Counted from the stretch's first letter, positions 21,019 to 31,279 are shown. The stretch is DNA of 64,000 bases from Candidatus Bathyarchaeia archaeon (GCA_050013255.1 JBEKFP010000001.1:1248001-1312000); one strand, 5' to 3'. A program made the numbers and translations. Notes: generated from the sequence alone by a model not told the origin.

Positions 21019-21465
21019 TCAGCCGCGGATATGAATTAAGCGTCCTAACTCCCAACGTTTCCTCTCCGCATCGTCACCTCGAGCGATCTGGGGTTCCGTT
21101 GGGTTGGCAATGTCTCGAATCGCCTTGGCCTTAATTATTTCCCAATGATCAGAAAGCTGGTAGCCTCGAACGTCGACAAATTCCCAGCCGAGTTTCTTGT
21201 ACATGGTCTTTGCAATCGCCCTGCCAACTGCTTCACTTCCCACACCGATGGCCTCGTACAAGACCCTGAGGAACTCGCCGAGGCGGTCAGGAATCTCCGT
21301 TCTCCCCATGTGGTATTGTCGTTCTAGATGATCATAGAGCGCCTCTCTGACACGAGTTCCGAGAATGTCACTTAGACTATCATCGATGGATTCGAGCAGC
21401 AACGCCGTAGGGTAGCCTTTGAGGACCGGACTGAAAACGGCTTCCTCGCGCTCTTCGAGTGACAA
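21019..21465 (-). CDS. DUF3227-like archaeal protein
   Basis: IDDSL..ILG.....LY.HLE...EIP.R...F...L...G pattern. Confidence 0.55.
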   Translation of the reverse strand: MSLEEREEAVFSPVLKGYPTALLLESIDDSLSDILGTRVREALYDHLERQYHMGRTEIPDRLGEFLRVLYEAIGVGSEAVGRAIAKTMYKKLGWEFVDVRGYQLSDHWEIIKAKAIRDIANPTEPQIARGDDAERKRWELGRLIHIRG

Positions 21466-21839
21466 AGTGAACTCTATAATCAGACCTGTGAACTAATCAT
21501 TGAATATAGCGTCACTGCAGACAATTGGGTGCAGTGACATCGCCATGAAATAGCCCAACTTCCTCTATCTACGCTTGACTATACCTAGATTACCTTACAG
21601 TTTGGCGAGGCGGGCTCGTACTGGGCAATGCGCTCTAGGTTGTAGGCACACCTCCCGCACACATTGTGCCCGCACTTCTGGCTAAGGCTAGAATGCAAAG
21701 GCTGCAAGGAAACTCAATTACGACTCAGATGGTCTGGCTAAATGTACTTCTTGCGGGCTCGAGGCTAAGCAGCTTTTTTGCTGACACTTCCGAATGCAAT
21801 TCTGTAGATTTGAGCTAGCGCGAAGTAGAGTCCTAACCT

Positions 21840-22115
21840 TTGAACAGTGTCAACAAGGCCCGGCAGTCGGGTAGAAAATCTCAGGTTCAGATAAGATTCG
21901 AAATTCTCGAATTCCTATTCTACAATGCAGGTTCCCATTCTAGGACTTCTCTTTGGCGGCGGGCGACTCAATTATCATACGACGATTTCCAAAAATATTT
22001 GGAATATCTGAAACAGAAGGGATTCGTCGAAGAAACAGGTGATGGGATTCGCCTAGCCACATCAGGAAAGGACGTTTACCTGAAACTGAGGGAAACACTG
22101 CCCTCGATACTCTAG
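21840..22115 (+). CDS. Winged-helix DNA-binding protein
   Basis: RKS...I.FEIL, QLSY..FQKYL.YL..KGFV..T.SG. Confidence 0.8.
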   Translation: MNSVNKARQSGRKSQVQIRFEILEFLFYNAGSHSRTSLWRRATQLSYDDFQKYLEYLKQKGFVEETGDGIRLATSGKDVYLKLRETLPSIL

Positions 22116-22185
22116 AGCGGGTATGTGCACCAATGGTGAGCTATTCCTATACCACGAACCAGGCAAATTACCGGGGAAGTTGACT

Positions 22186-22584
22186 ATGACAGAGAAGCGA
22201 GACGAATACCCCGTTACGACTTTGCATCGGTTCCTGGAGGAAGCTTCGAAAGAGTTCAAACGATTCCGTTTCCAAGCCAAAGTGAACCTCATAGGGTCGA
22301 TCATCTTACTGGTCCTCGTTTCACGTTTCCTCCTCTTCGCTTTCATAAGTTTCGGGCCACCACCGTTTAACGAGGAACGTACCTTCAACCCCGGTCGTCC
22401 ACCTTCAATGATGCACTTTTTCCTGCCAGATTGGCTACTTCTGTTCGCGTCTCTCGCTGCGGTCCTCTGGTCGCTCGACGTTTGGATCAGTCAGCGCAAA
22501 TTCGTTTCCCGGTGGGGTGGGAGATTCGAGAAACTCGAGGCGTTGGAAAGGCGGTTCCTTCACGACGACACGCCCCAGAGTTAA
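22186..22584 (+). CDS. Two-TM hypothetical protein
   Basis: Two hydrophobic segments; W..RF..L...E tail. Confidence 0.6.
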   Translation: MTEKRDEYPVTTLHRFLEEASKEFKRFRFQAKVNLIGSIILLVLVSRFLLFAFISFGPPPFNEERTFNPGRPPSMMHFFLPDWLLLFASLAAVLWSLDVWISQRKFVSRWGGRFEKLEALERRFLHDDTPQS

Positions 22585-22633
22585 TGCAATTGGAATCACA
22601 GTGATGCCTGGGCTCGGTTCACTTTTTGTTTCC

Positions 22634-22792
22634 TCAACTTCCTTGAAAGTCCGGTATGGCCTCTTGGTGTAAGTTGCAATAATGCCGCTTCAGCCGTAGC
22701 TTTGTGCTAAACCTTCTTTCACACAGAACGCATGTGTAGACTCCAATGATTGGCCTGAAACATGCGGCACGATGCCTTTGTTGCTGGTACAT
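22634..22792 (-). CDS. Small C2H2 zinc-finger protein (52 aa), not in the ORF track
   Basis: Hand translation contains YTCVLCERRFSTKLRLKRHYCNLH = C-x2-C-x3-F-x5-L-x2-H-x4-H. Confidence 0.7.
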   Translation of the reverse strand: MYQQQRHRAACFRPIIGVYTCVLCERRFSTKLRLKRHYCNLHQEAIPDFQGS

Positions 22793-22996
22793 CTCGGTCA
22801 ATTCTTGCACTGAAATCTGACGAGTGACGTGGCTGGCTTATAATTGGGATTCATCTCCGGTGTGCACCAAGAATTTTCCTTGGGCATCGTCTAACGGTTT
22901 CCACTGTTAACCTCTGGTGCATACCAGAAGTGCCGCCTGTTTAAATCGCGAAGTCGCGGGGTTACGCAGTGTCGGTATGAGAGGTGATTAGCAGAA

Positions 22997-23206
22997 ATGA
23001 ATTTCGCAGAAACCATTTTGCAGGCAGCGTCGCATGGCCAATTCCCAATGCAGAGAGGGCCCCTTCCCATGCAAAATCCGTGGTTCGGTGCCTTCGGAGT
23101 AATCGCATTCGCTCAGCTACTGCTAGCCTTTGCAGCAGTCGCGGCACTTGTCTTCGTTGCTTGGAAGGTTGGCGGCTACTACGATGCCTTGAGGAAAAAA
23201 CTCTAA
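22997..23206 (+). CDS. Small single-TM protein
   Basis: GAGGTGA RBS upstream; one hydrophobic helix. Confidence 0.6.
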   Translation: MNFAETILQAASHGQFPMQRGPLPMQNPWFGAFGVIAFAQLLLAFAAVAALVFVAWKVGGYYDALRKKL

Positions 23207-23390
23207 ATGGCAAGCGCTCGTGCTTGAGAGATAAATTCCTCTTTCCCTCTTTTCATTGTGGGTACTTATGCTCAGCTTCCGCGTGTTAATCACATTCGAT
23301 GGCATCTGCATACGATGCAGGTGAGTGAAAAAAGGAGAGCTGATGAACCAGGGTGCTCCAGGTTCATCGAGTTGGATCCGGAGGCTTCGT

Positions 23391-23810
23391 TTACTTGAAC
23401 TTCTTGAGGTTCGCGTTATCCTCGTTGAAGACCATTTCAAACATGCCCAAGACTGCTTTCTTGGTTGAAGCCTCATCCATGCCTTGCGCTACGAATTCGC
23501 CTTCAACTTCGACCTTAGTCTTTTCGCCCATTGGGGTGTAGGTGTGCGTATGCTTTGAGCCTTTCATTGGCCCAGAGAGCACTTCAGTTGACATTGATTT
23601 GGGGGGGCTCATGGTGATCTTCCATGATTCCGTGTGCTTAGATCCGTCTGGGTTTTTGACTTCAAGGTCGAGTGTCAATCCGTTCGCTGATTGGTCTCGC
23701 ATGCCTGCTACTTTGACCGCGCTGTGGGAATGTGCGTGCTCGTCGTTGATGTATCTCCAGATTTTTTCAACAGGGGCGTCGAAAACGCCATCGTCTTTTA
23801 TGTGAACCAT
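23391..23810 (-). CDS. SRPBCC (START-like) family protein
   Basis: FDAPVEKIW.Y, GPMKGS, T.V.VEGEF pattern. Confidence 0.75.
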   Translation of the reverse strand: MVHIKDDGVFDAPVEKIWRYINDEHAHSHSAVKVAGMRDQSANGLTLDLEVKNPDGSKHTESWKITMSPPKSMSTEVLSGPMKGSKHTHTYTPMGEKTKVEVEGEFVAQGMDEASTKKAVLGMFEMVFNEDNANLKKFK

Positions 23811-24066
23811 TTTCGTTCATCAGTACATTACATATGACATGAATTTAACCATTGTAAAGGCTTCAAGCTCTTTCCATATGACCAACCATGCACGGGAATA
23901 GTCGTTCGTTCTGTCTATGACTCGCGCCGCTTTGCCTTCGATATGGATGCCGAAAGCAAGCAAGGTTCTATTGAAGATTGAGTCGGAGACATGACAGATT
24001 TTCCTCTTCTCACTCTATGCGGAAGCGAATTATGTGGCTTGAAGGTAGTCTAGTTTTCGTGTTCAA

Positions 24067-24720
24067 ATGGGCGACGAGAAGTTCGAAATCGACCTCGGGA
24101 ATCTTCTCACAAGACTCATCCCTGACAAGAACGGCTCGGCATTCACCAAGCTGGACGCTATCAAGGCGAAGCTGGTTAGGATGCACGATCAGAATCTGGT
24201 GAAAATCAACCACTCGGCTATGGAGATCATCTGTGCTAAGGATTTGATTATGAGGGGATATGATGTCGATGTTGAACATCGCTTGGAAGAATCCCTTGTC
24301 TGCGATCTGCTGGGGATCAAGGGTGACGGTAGGGCTATAGTTGAAATTGAGACGGGGTTCGTACCCCCAGAGCATGCATTGGACCCTACAGCATTTTGTT
24401 CGGCCAAGATTGCCAGCAAGATAGCTAGGTACAGCAAATTCGCTGACAAATTTACCCTAGCTTCGCCGCTCTACCAAATCCTGCCCATCCCCCTAACCTT
24501 CCTGAAACCCCCAAGAGTGAGAGAGCCCGAGGAGGTGAGGGAGACGAAGAGGCTATGCGACCGCTACTACGACAATCCACCCATACCCCTGAACGAGATA
24601 ACCACAGGCAGACTTCACTCGCTCTCCTTCATTGACGTGGACGCAGGAACAGTAAGGGAGGTCGACCCTGAAACCTACGCGGAATCGCTGCTCGGCATGT
24701 GGGATAAGATAAGGCAGTAA
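24067..24720 (+). CDS. Conserved archaeal protein with PD-(D/E)XK-like nuclease fold
   Basis: NHS.ME, GY.V.VE, CDL..K, VEIETG motifs. Confidence 0.65.
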   Translation: MGDEKFEIDLGNLLTRLIPDKNGSAFTKLDAIKAKLVRMHDQNLVKINHSAMEIICAKDLIMRGYDVDVEHRLEESLVCDLLGIKGDGRAIVEIETGFVPPEHALDPTAFCSAKIASKIARYSKFADKFTLASPLYQILPIPLTFLKPPRVREPEEVRETKRLCDRYYDNPPIPLNEITTGRLHSLSFIDVDAGTVREVDPETYAESLLGMWDKIRQ

Positions 24721-24953
24721 GTTGCCGCCCAACTTTCGAGGCAGATGTGGCTTTCCCTTCGCGAGGGACTTTCGACCCTCCCCTCGTCCAACGCCTTGGT
24801 TTTCCCTCACTCGGGCCTCACGGAGTTTCTGCGGTTTCCCGCTAGCGTCGTGACGCTACACCCGAGCGCTCATCGATCCACGTAACGACCCAAGGCAAAC
24901 CCTGGGACGGAAGCCGACCGACGAATCTACCCCTGTCTCGGTTGGGCAGCACC
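24721..24953 (-). ncRNA. Unassigned highly structured RNA candidate (~230 nt)
   Basis: Nested helices: 24723-33/24941-51, 24785-89/24905-09, 24793-99/24890-96, 24810-15/24861-66; GAAA-capped hairpins; mismatches become G.U pairs only on the minus strand. Confidence 0.6.
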
Positions 24954-25587
24954 ATAACATTGTCATCGCAGAGATAAGGGGGTTGCGGCTGGATTCCACA
25001 CGTCAAATGCGTTTTCCAGTGGAACATAGCAAGGTCGGGCTGCTCGCTACCTTCAAAAGGCCAAAACGCCACGACTCGATCAGGGTGCATGAACCATGTC
25101 TAACCCAAACACTCACCATTGCACCAAAAGCTCTCTCACGATGGAATTTTCCTGGGCAAGGTTGCAATGGCTGGGGTTCAAGAGATCCTACCTCATAGGC
25201 GTTGGGAAGGTTTCCTGCGAGAAATGCGGACGGATATTTCCGATCGAGGAAGGCGCTGTTCAAAAGGCCTTGGCGAAAAGGGCGATTGAGTTCAAAGACG
25301 ACCTTCGAAAAATCGCGCTCGAAAACGGAAGTTAGCTTGATTGGGTCGATTAACTCCAGTACCTATGGCCGTTCTAATGTGCCCAAGCTCTCGTTAATGC
25401 TCCTTGCTGGGTCAACACTCAACGCAAGATCATGTGTTGGTAATTTTCATGAGCATGAAACCTTTCGATTATCAACCAGCTGTCTTGCGGTTTTTCGGTT
25501 CAGCAGAACCATGAGCAGGTCTTTGTGAATCTTAATAGTTGAGTTCGCAGTGAGTTAGAGAGTCGCTTTACTTTGGATTGATGATTA

Positions 25588-26058
25588 ATGGCTGAAGATA
25601 AGATTGGCCAAATAATGAGTAAACCTGTCCGAACAGTGAAGCCCGACGAGAAGCTCACCGCGGCAGTCGCAGCAATGGACAACAACAGTATCGGTAGCGT
25701 CGTTGTTCTTGATGGCGAGACCGCTATCGGAATCATTACCGAGGGTGACGTAGTCGAGCAAATCTCGAAAGGAGCTCAAATCCTTCTTGAACCAGTAAAG
25801 CAAGTTATGTCAAAACCGCTCATCACAGGGACACCTGATATGGCCGTTCAGGACGCCGTGAACCTGATGCTCGAGAAAAGGATTCGTCAACTTCCCATCG
25901 TTGAAGGAAGCAAATTAGTTGGCATAGTTACCGATCGAGATTTGATGCGGTCGGTTCTCCGCGCCTCATACGAGAAGCTAAGCAAACCTAAGCTGCGGGA
26001 ATTAGAGCTTGAAGCGGCCAGGATAGCAGCCCAGATAGTTACACTGCTGAATCTCTAA
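25588..26058 (+). CDS. CBS domain pair protein
   Basis: IMSKPV.TV, IGIITEGD, VMSKPLIT, LVGIVTDRD. Confidence 0.92.
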   Translation: MAEDKIGQIMSKPVRTVKPDEKLTAAVAAMDNNSIGSVVVLDGETAIGIITEGDVVEQISKGAQILLEPVKQVMSKPLITGTPDMAVQDAVNLMLEKRIRQLPIVEGSKLVGIVTDRDLMRSVLRASYEKLSKPKLRELELEAARIAAQIVTLLNL

Positions 26059-26076
26059 GCACTCTGATTCAACGTT

Positions 26077-27414
26077 TCATCGTCGCCGCGACAGAACGAC
26101 TGCGGCTACAATTGCAATGGCTGCCACTAATCCCGCAATTAGTACGAGCCCCGAGGGTTTGTCGGTTAAGGAAACTGTCGTTGCGGTAGGTTGCGTAGCT
26201 GCCGCGGTTGTTGTCGTCAATCCATTTCCTGCAAGCTGTCCGTAAAATGTGCCTGTGGGGGAGAACTGGTTGTTCAGAATATTCTGGGACGCAACCCTAC
26301 CTAGCGCTGTTGCGAGGTCCTGATAGGATAAGCCCGCAGTACTCGAGGTGTAATCGACGTATCCAAAGAATTGCATGCTCCAGAAGGGCGAGATGTAACC
26401 AATCCCCTCAACCTTCGCCGCCGTAACCATCACCGCCAAGAACTCTTGGTCCAACGGTACCCAGAAGCTGAACGCATCATTGCGAAAAACGTCGACGTTT
26501 GAGACTATGCTCGAGGCCTGCAGCGTCCCAACCTTATACAACCAAGCCTCATCCAACACCACGCGCTTCCCGTATTGTTTGGCGATGTCAGAGAACGTGA
26601 GGAGCCGCTGAAGAGTTGGGCCGACGACCGGGTAAACGTGTAACGAGATAAAATCTAGGCTGGTGTTCACCCCAAGGCTCTGCACATACGTGTTGCTAAG
26701 CCATGTCCCACTTCCAGCTCCGAGCTTAGTGTGGCCTCGATTCAAATCTTCCAGAATGTGGTTTACATACGTCGTGTAGGAGTTGGGGGAATTGAACTCA
26801 GTGAAACCGGTCAGCTTATACTGCGTGTCAGGCTCCGCGCCCAAATCCAAGTAGTCCGGTTGCAGGTCTTGAATGAACGCCGAAACCATTTCCTTCCTCT
26901 CCGCTTCGAACTGCTGCGGAGTCAACTTCGAGTAATCGAAGGTTATCGGTGAAAATGCCGTATTCGCGAACAGTATAGAGGATTCAATTTCAACCATCCC
27001 GCGCTTCCTAACCTCTTGTACAACCTGCTTGTAGAACTGCACGTAGGCCGAATAGTCGGGAAAGCTAGGTGTGTATAAGGGGAAACCAATTGGGAAGGTG
27101 ACGCCGCCTATGCCCAGTTCCTTAAGCCGGTCCAAGTACAGGATCACGGCCTGCATCGTATTCGGCGCGAGCAACGCATCCTCCCGATTCGAGTTCGCAG
27201 GTAACAGCTCTGCACCGAAAATTGGCGAACCTGTCCCAGGGCCCATGGTGGCTAGGGTGGCGTTGAAATCGTCCAGACTCGATTTGAGCGTTGAATAGAG
27301 CTGCTGGTACTCCGGCGGAACTTGAGCAGTCTGAGCCGCTCCAGAGAACGCAGAAGCAGTTGGAACTGCGAGCAAACCAAGCAGAAACAGGACACTAACC
27401 TGATAGGCGTTCAA
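26077..27414 (-). CDS. Secreted, C-terminally anchored glycoside-hydrolase-like protein
   Basis: Signal peptide after TTG 27414; GAEPD, DFISLHVYP, VLDEAW motifs; Thr-rich linker, TM and RRR tail. Confidence 0.6.
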   Translation of the reverse strand: MNAYQVSVLFLLGLLAVPTASAFSGAAQTAQVPPEYQQLYSTLKSSLDDFNATLATMGPGTGSPIFGAELLPANSNREDALLAPNTMQAVILYLDRLKELGIGGVTFPIGFPLYTPSFPDYSAYVQFYKQVVQEVRKRGMVEIESSILFANTAFSPITFDYSKLTPQQFEAERKEMVSAFIQDLQPDYLDLGAEPDTQYKLTGFTEFNSPNSYTTYVNHILEDLNRGHTKLGAGSGTWLSNTYVQSLGVNTSLDFISLHVYPVVGPTLQRLLTFSDIAKQYGKRVVLDEAWLYKVGTLQASSIVSNVDVFRNDAFSFWVPLDQEFLAVMVTAAKVEGIGYISPFWSMQFFGYVDYTSSTAGLSYQDLATALGRVASQNILNNQFSPTGTFYGQLAGNGLTTTTAAATQPTATTVSLTDKPSGLVLIAGLVAAIAIVAAVVLSRRR

Positions 27415-27484
27415 GTAGACTCGACCGCGAGAGGTCAGCTGGAGATTTTCAATATTAGGGGTTGTGAACGAATCGTCCTCAATT

Positions 27485-27850
27485 CTACGAGGTTTCAATT
27501 GCGATGAGCGTGGACAGTGAGAACCAGTCGTCGATGATTTCTTTCGTTGCCTTCTCGTAGTATTTTTCGTAAAGTGCAACTTTGCACCGCCATGCTTCAT
27601 CCGGGTCTTCGTTGATGTAGTGGCCTTTTCCCGTGAAATTTTCTCCACCTATCTCGAATGAGACCTCGCAGTTCTGCTTGATGTTCTTCATCCAATCCGT
27701 CTCCTTCCCCTCGTGGCTGAGGAAGACCTTACCATCACTGGCTGCAAACCACAACTCTACACTGTGCGGTCGCCCCGTCTTTCGTCCCTTCGTCGTGAGG
27801 TGAATGAGTTTCTGAGATCTGACTTTCATCAAGTTGTCTGCATAGGCCAT
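27485..27850 (-). CDS. Deazaflavin (F420)-dependent nitroreductase (DDN-like)
   Basis: LTTKGRKTG.P....WF and DW.KN motifs. Confidence 0.85.
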   Translation of the reverse strand: MAYADNLMKVRSQKLIHLTTKGRKTGRPHSVELWFAASDGKVFLSHEGKETDWMKNIKQNCEVSFEIGGENFTGKGHYINEDPDEAWRCKVALYEKYYEKATKEIIDDWFSLSTLIAIETS

Positions 27851-28100
27851 CTGCTTTCACATTCGAGGTGCTCTACAACGTATCCGTATTAATTCTGCGC
27901 GGACACACTCCAGCGGTGCCGATTGCACCACGGGAGACAAGGCGAGGTCAGTCGGTTTCTTGGAAAGTCTCCCTACAAGATGTTCTTACGAGTTCCTCTA
28001 GGCGTGTTTCTTATTGTCCTACCTTATACAACGAGAGCATTGACACAATAAAAATCCACTTACTTGATTCGCAAAAAAAGAGGGAAAAGGTCGTAGTCTT

Positions 28101-29435
28101 CTATGCCTTTTCATGATCCAGATCTTTGAGCGTTTTCTGGTATTCTTCGCGTGAAATTTCTCCGGAGGCGTAGCGTTTTCTCAGGATTTGCGTCGGTGTT
28201 TCCTCAGTTCGTTGTGGTTTCAGTTTCAGTTTGGTTTTGGTGAGCGTCGTGCCCATGTTTGTCCCTATGCCTCTTCTTCTTGCCAAGACGGCGGCAGCGA
28301 TCAAAGCCAGCAAGAGCAGAATAATGACAACGGTTGGGGTGGTCATATCTTCTCTAAAGATGGCTGCGACTGTCTTAGGTGAGTCAACGGTGATGGATGC
28401 AGGATTCGAAGTAGCCCCGACACTCCAATGGTCGAAAACCAGCTTCGCCCCCAATGCCTGCCAGGCATCGTGTGTTGGACCTTCGCTTTCTACTTGAACA
28501 GTGGCTTTCGAGCCTTCGTCATACCACCCTGTTCCAGTGGGATTTCCGTAGTCTGACTTGACTTCTACGTAGTATTGTTTATGGTAAACGGCGGCGGCCG
28601 TGTAGGACTGGTCCATTGTGATCGTAGTTTGCGGAGAATTCACATCCGCACCATTCAGGTTCCACGCAACGAACATATCTCTAGTGTCTGACGTAACCTG
28701 TACCATCGGGTCTGTGCTTAGACTCACGGATGAGCCTTTGGCATACCACCCCGAGGGAGAGCTGGTTCCACCCTGAGCATTTTGGACAGTCAGTTGATAT
28801 TGGTTTTCGTAGGTGAATGTGTAGCTTTGGTCGAAGGGTTGGGTTACTGTCTGTGTGGTTGGAACATAGTACGGATAGTAGTAGTACCAAGAGTAGTCTG
28901 GATAGGAGTAGTACCACCAGTCGTAGTAAGGCGAGTAGTACTCTGTGTAACTTGTTACGGATACGTCCTTTCCTTTCTCGCTCGTCCACGAAGTTCCCTT
29001 GGCGTAGAACCTCTCACCACTCTTTCCGCTAACGTAGGAATCGACTTGGTACGTGTGGATGTCGTCGCCTTTGATCTGGAATTTTGCTGTGCCTCCACCT
29101 GCGATTGATGCTACACTCTTTCCGTCGGCCAGAAGGGTAGTCGAGTAATCAGACGGGAATCCTTGGATGGATATTGTAATTGTCGCCGTTGTGACTTTCA
29201 CGGTCTGCCCTTGGTAATTCTCAGACCAGTAAGAAGGAAACGGCCCGGCCCATGGGATGTAAGTTCCAGACGTGTTATAGCCAAAGTAGCATGGCGAACT
29301 TGAACTGCAAGTTGTGCCGTCCGCCCTGACAGGGATTGGGGCAAAGGCGAAAAGCACTAAGATAACTGCGACGATCACGGGAGAACTAAATAGCGTACGC
29401 AAAGTATATCGCGATTTTGTTCTGACCTCAGGCAC
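28101..29435 (-). CDS. Surface protein with InlB-B-like repeats, TM anchor and C-terminal SHOCT domain
   Basis: Signal peptide; QY.L.V..G..GWY..GS repeats; ILRKRYASGEISREEY. Confidence 0.75.
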   Translation of the reverse strand: MPEVRTKSRYTLRTLFSSPVIVAVILVLFAFAPIPVRADGTTCSSSSPCYFGYNTSGTYIPWAGPFPSYWSENYQGQTVKVTTATITISIQGFPSDYSTTLLADGKSVASIAGGGTAKFQIKGDDIHTYQVDSYVSGKSGERFYAKGTSWTSEKGKDVSVTSYTEYYSPYYDWWYYSYPDYSWYYYYPYYVPTTQTVTQPFDQSYTFTYENQYQLTVQNAQGGTSSPSGWYAKGSSVSLSTDPMVQVTSDTRDMFVAWNLNGADVNSPQTTITMDQSYTAAAVYHKQYYVEVKSDYGNPTGTGWYDEGSKATVQVESEGPTHDAWQALGAKLVFDHWSVGATSNPASITVDSPKTVAAIFREDMTTPTVVIILLLLALIAAAVLARRRGIGTNMGTTLTKTKLKLKPQRTEETPTQILRKRYASGEISREEYQKTLKDLDHEKA

Positions 29436-29587
29436 TTAGAAATTGTGTTAATAGAGTACACTTTCATGACTCCTGATATTTACTATTCCGACGGCATATA
29501 CACAAATGGGTCGACGAATCTAGCGGGTCGAGCAGGGTGTGATGCCAACACCTGTCTCTTGCTAATGGAATTTCGTGTGAATGTGGG

Positions 29588-30115
29588 CTAGTCGGTTTGT
29601 GGGAAGTCTCCTTGAAAGATTTCCTCAATGGCCCTTCTAGGCGAAGCTTCGGGTTGTTCCGCCGCGTAACCTACTGAGAACATTGCGACTGGGCGAGCCG
29701 ACTTTAACCCTAAGACTTGCTGCACCTTCTTCTCGTCAAAGTCTCCCACCCAGACTGTTGCCAAGCCGAGGTCCACGGCGGCAAGCATGGCGAAGGCTCC
29801 AGCGATCGTCGCGTCCTGCACGCTGTAAAGTTCCGTACCTCTCTTCCCATATTTTGCGGCTGAGCGGTCAGGGTCTGCGCAGAAGACCAAGCAAACGGGG
29901 GCCTGGGCGATGAAACCTTGACCATGCGCCGCTTTCGCCAGAGCATCCTTCTTCGCCTGGTCGCGAACCACCTGTACCTTGTACGCTTGCAGGTTCCCCG
30001 CCGAAGGCGCCATGTTCGCTGCCTCGAATAGTCGTTTCAGTTTACTCTCCTCAACTGGCTGAGGTTTGTACGCGCGCACCGAACGCCTTTGAGCTAGAAC
30101 TTCAACGAACTCCAA
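29588..30115 (-). CDS. Nitroreductase family protein
   Basis: RRSVRAY, APSAGNLQ, LGLATVWVG.F. Confidence 0.92.
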   Translation of the reverse strand: MEFVEVLAQRRSVRAYKPQPVEESKLKRLFEAANMAPSAGNLQAYKVQVVRDQAKKDALAKAAHGQGFIAQAPVCLVFCADPDRSAAKYGKRGTELYSVQDATIAGAFAMLAAVDLGLATVWVGDFDEKKVQQVLGLKSARPVAMFSVGYAAEQPEASPRRAIEEIFQGDFPQTD

Positions 30116-30232
30116 CTGGAATCATTCTGGGGTTGGCGGCGGGCGGATTAAAGGGGAATTCTTGGCACCCAGAATTGCAACCCAGCGAACCATCGAATTT
30201 ACCATCAGACCTCTAGCTCAGCAGGATTTGCC

Positions 30233-31279
30233 ATGCCGATTCGTTTCGAGTCAGTTACGAGAGAAGCACGCCTCCTTAGCCCTCTCCAGAACTTTGAGCC
30301 GGTGAGCCAAGTAATCGAGCACAGGCGGGATCCGCTAACTGGCCGAAGAGTAATTGTGCTCAAAGGCCGGTTGGATTATGTTAAGCGGTTCATCGAGTCG
30401 GATGAGACCGCCATTGACGATCTAGCAAATTCAACCCTTGAGGGATGTCCCTTCTGTCCCAGTTCGTTGGAGACTAAGGCGCCAAAGTTCATTCCGGAAA
30501 TCTCACGTAAAGGCCGAATTCGCGTGGGTGAAGCGGTGTGCTTTCCAAGCCTCTTCGCCCATGAGGATCATAACGCGATCGTGGTCCCAACACGCTCGCA
30601 CCGTGTCCCGTTAAATCAAATCCAACCGGCCATGCTTGCTGACGCATTCAATGCATGTGTAGAGTATTTTCGCCGACTTAACACCTGGCAACCCGCGGTG
30701 AAGTACAATGCGATTATCGTGAACTTCTACCCGCCCGCGGGTTCAACCGTCGCCCACCCACACGTGCAGGCCCTCGCGAGCGACCTGCCTCTGCAAGGAA
30801 CAGAGGAGCTCACAGACGCGAGCCGCGCGTACTTCCAGAAGCATGGTGCTCCATATTGGACTGAGTTGGTTGAGGAGGAGAGGCGTATCGGGATCAGATA
30901 TCTTGGGGCGACGGGGAGGGTGCATTGGTTAACCCCGTATGCACCGTTTGGTTTGAATGAGGCCCAGGCAGTTGTATCTCATGCTTCAAGCCTAAGTTCA
31001 CTTTCTGATGAGGACTTTCGTGGCCTCTCTGAGGGCCTCGTCAAAGTTCTCAAGTACTATTACGATGTCGGTATCAGGAGCTACAATATCGCGATTTATT
31101 CAGGGCCGTTTAGTGAAAACCTTGACTACTTCGACGTTGGCCTTCGTGTTGTCTCCCGGTATGGGTACAAGCCCAAGTTTGTGAGCGACGTTTGGGCGTT
31201 TCAGTATCTGCTCGGCGGACAGGAGGTTTACGAGGCGCCTGAGGAGACTTGCAGCAAGCTTAGGAAGTACTTCGAATAG
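30233..31279 (+). CDS. Galactose-1-phosphate uridylyltransferase-like (GalT/HIT)
   Basis: RRDPLTG, CPFC, AGST..HPHVQ, PEE....LR. Confidence 0.85.
   Translation: MPIRFESVTREARLLSPLQNFEPVSQVIEHRRDPLTGRRVIVLKGRLDYVKRFIESDETAIDDLANSTLEGCPFCPSSLETKAPKFIPEISRKGRIRVGEAVCFPSLFAHEDHNAIVVPTRSHRVPLNQIQPAMLADAFNACVEYFRRLNTWQPAVKYNAIIVNFYPPAGSTVAHPHVQALASDLPLQGTEELTDASRAYFQKHGAPYWTELVEEERRIGIRYLGATGRVHWLTPYAPFGLNEAQAVVSHASSLSSLSDEDFRGLSEGLVKVLKYYYDVGIRSYNIAIYSGPFSENLDYFDVGLRVVSRYGYKPKFVSDVWAFQYLLGGQEVYEAPEETCSKLRKYFE

Noticed and set aside
21660-21785. Frameshifted zinc-finger-like fragments (ECKGCK... / KCTSCG)
   Set aside because: The pieces lie in different frames with no clear start; too weak to call.
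24721-24953. Assignment of the structured RNA as SRP RNA, RNase P RNA or hammerhead ribozyme
   Set aside because: The SRP helix-8 motif, RNase P CR-I/CR-V sequences and an exact CUGANGA core were not found by eye. An Rfam search is still needed.
27415-27648. N-terminal extension of the 523-aa ORF
   Set aside because: It overlaps the DDN-like gene in another frame; the signal peptide begins at TTG 27414.
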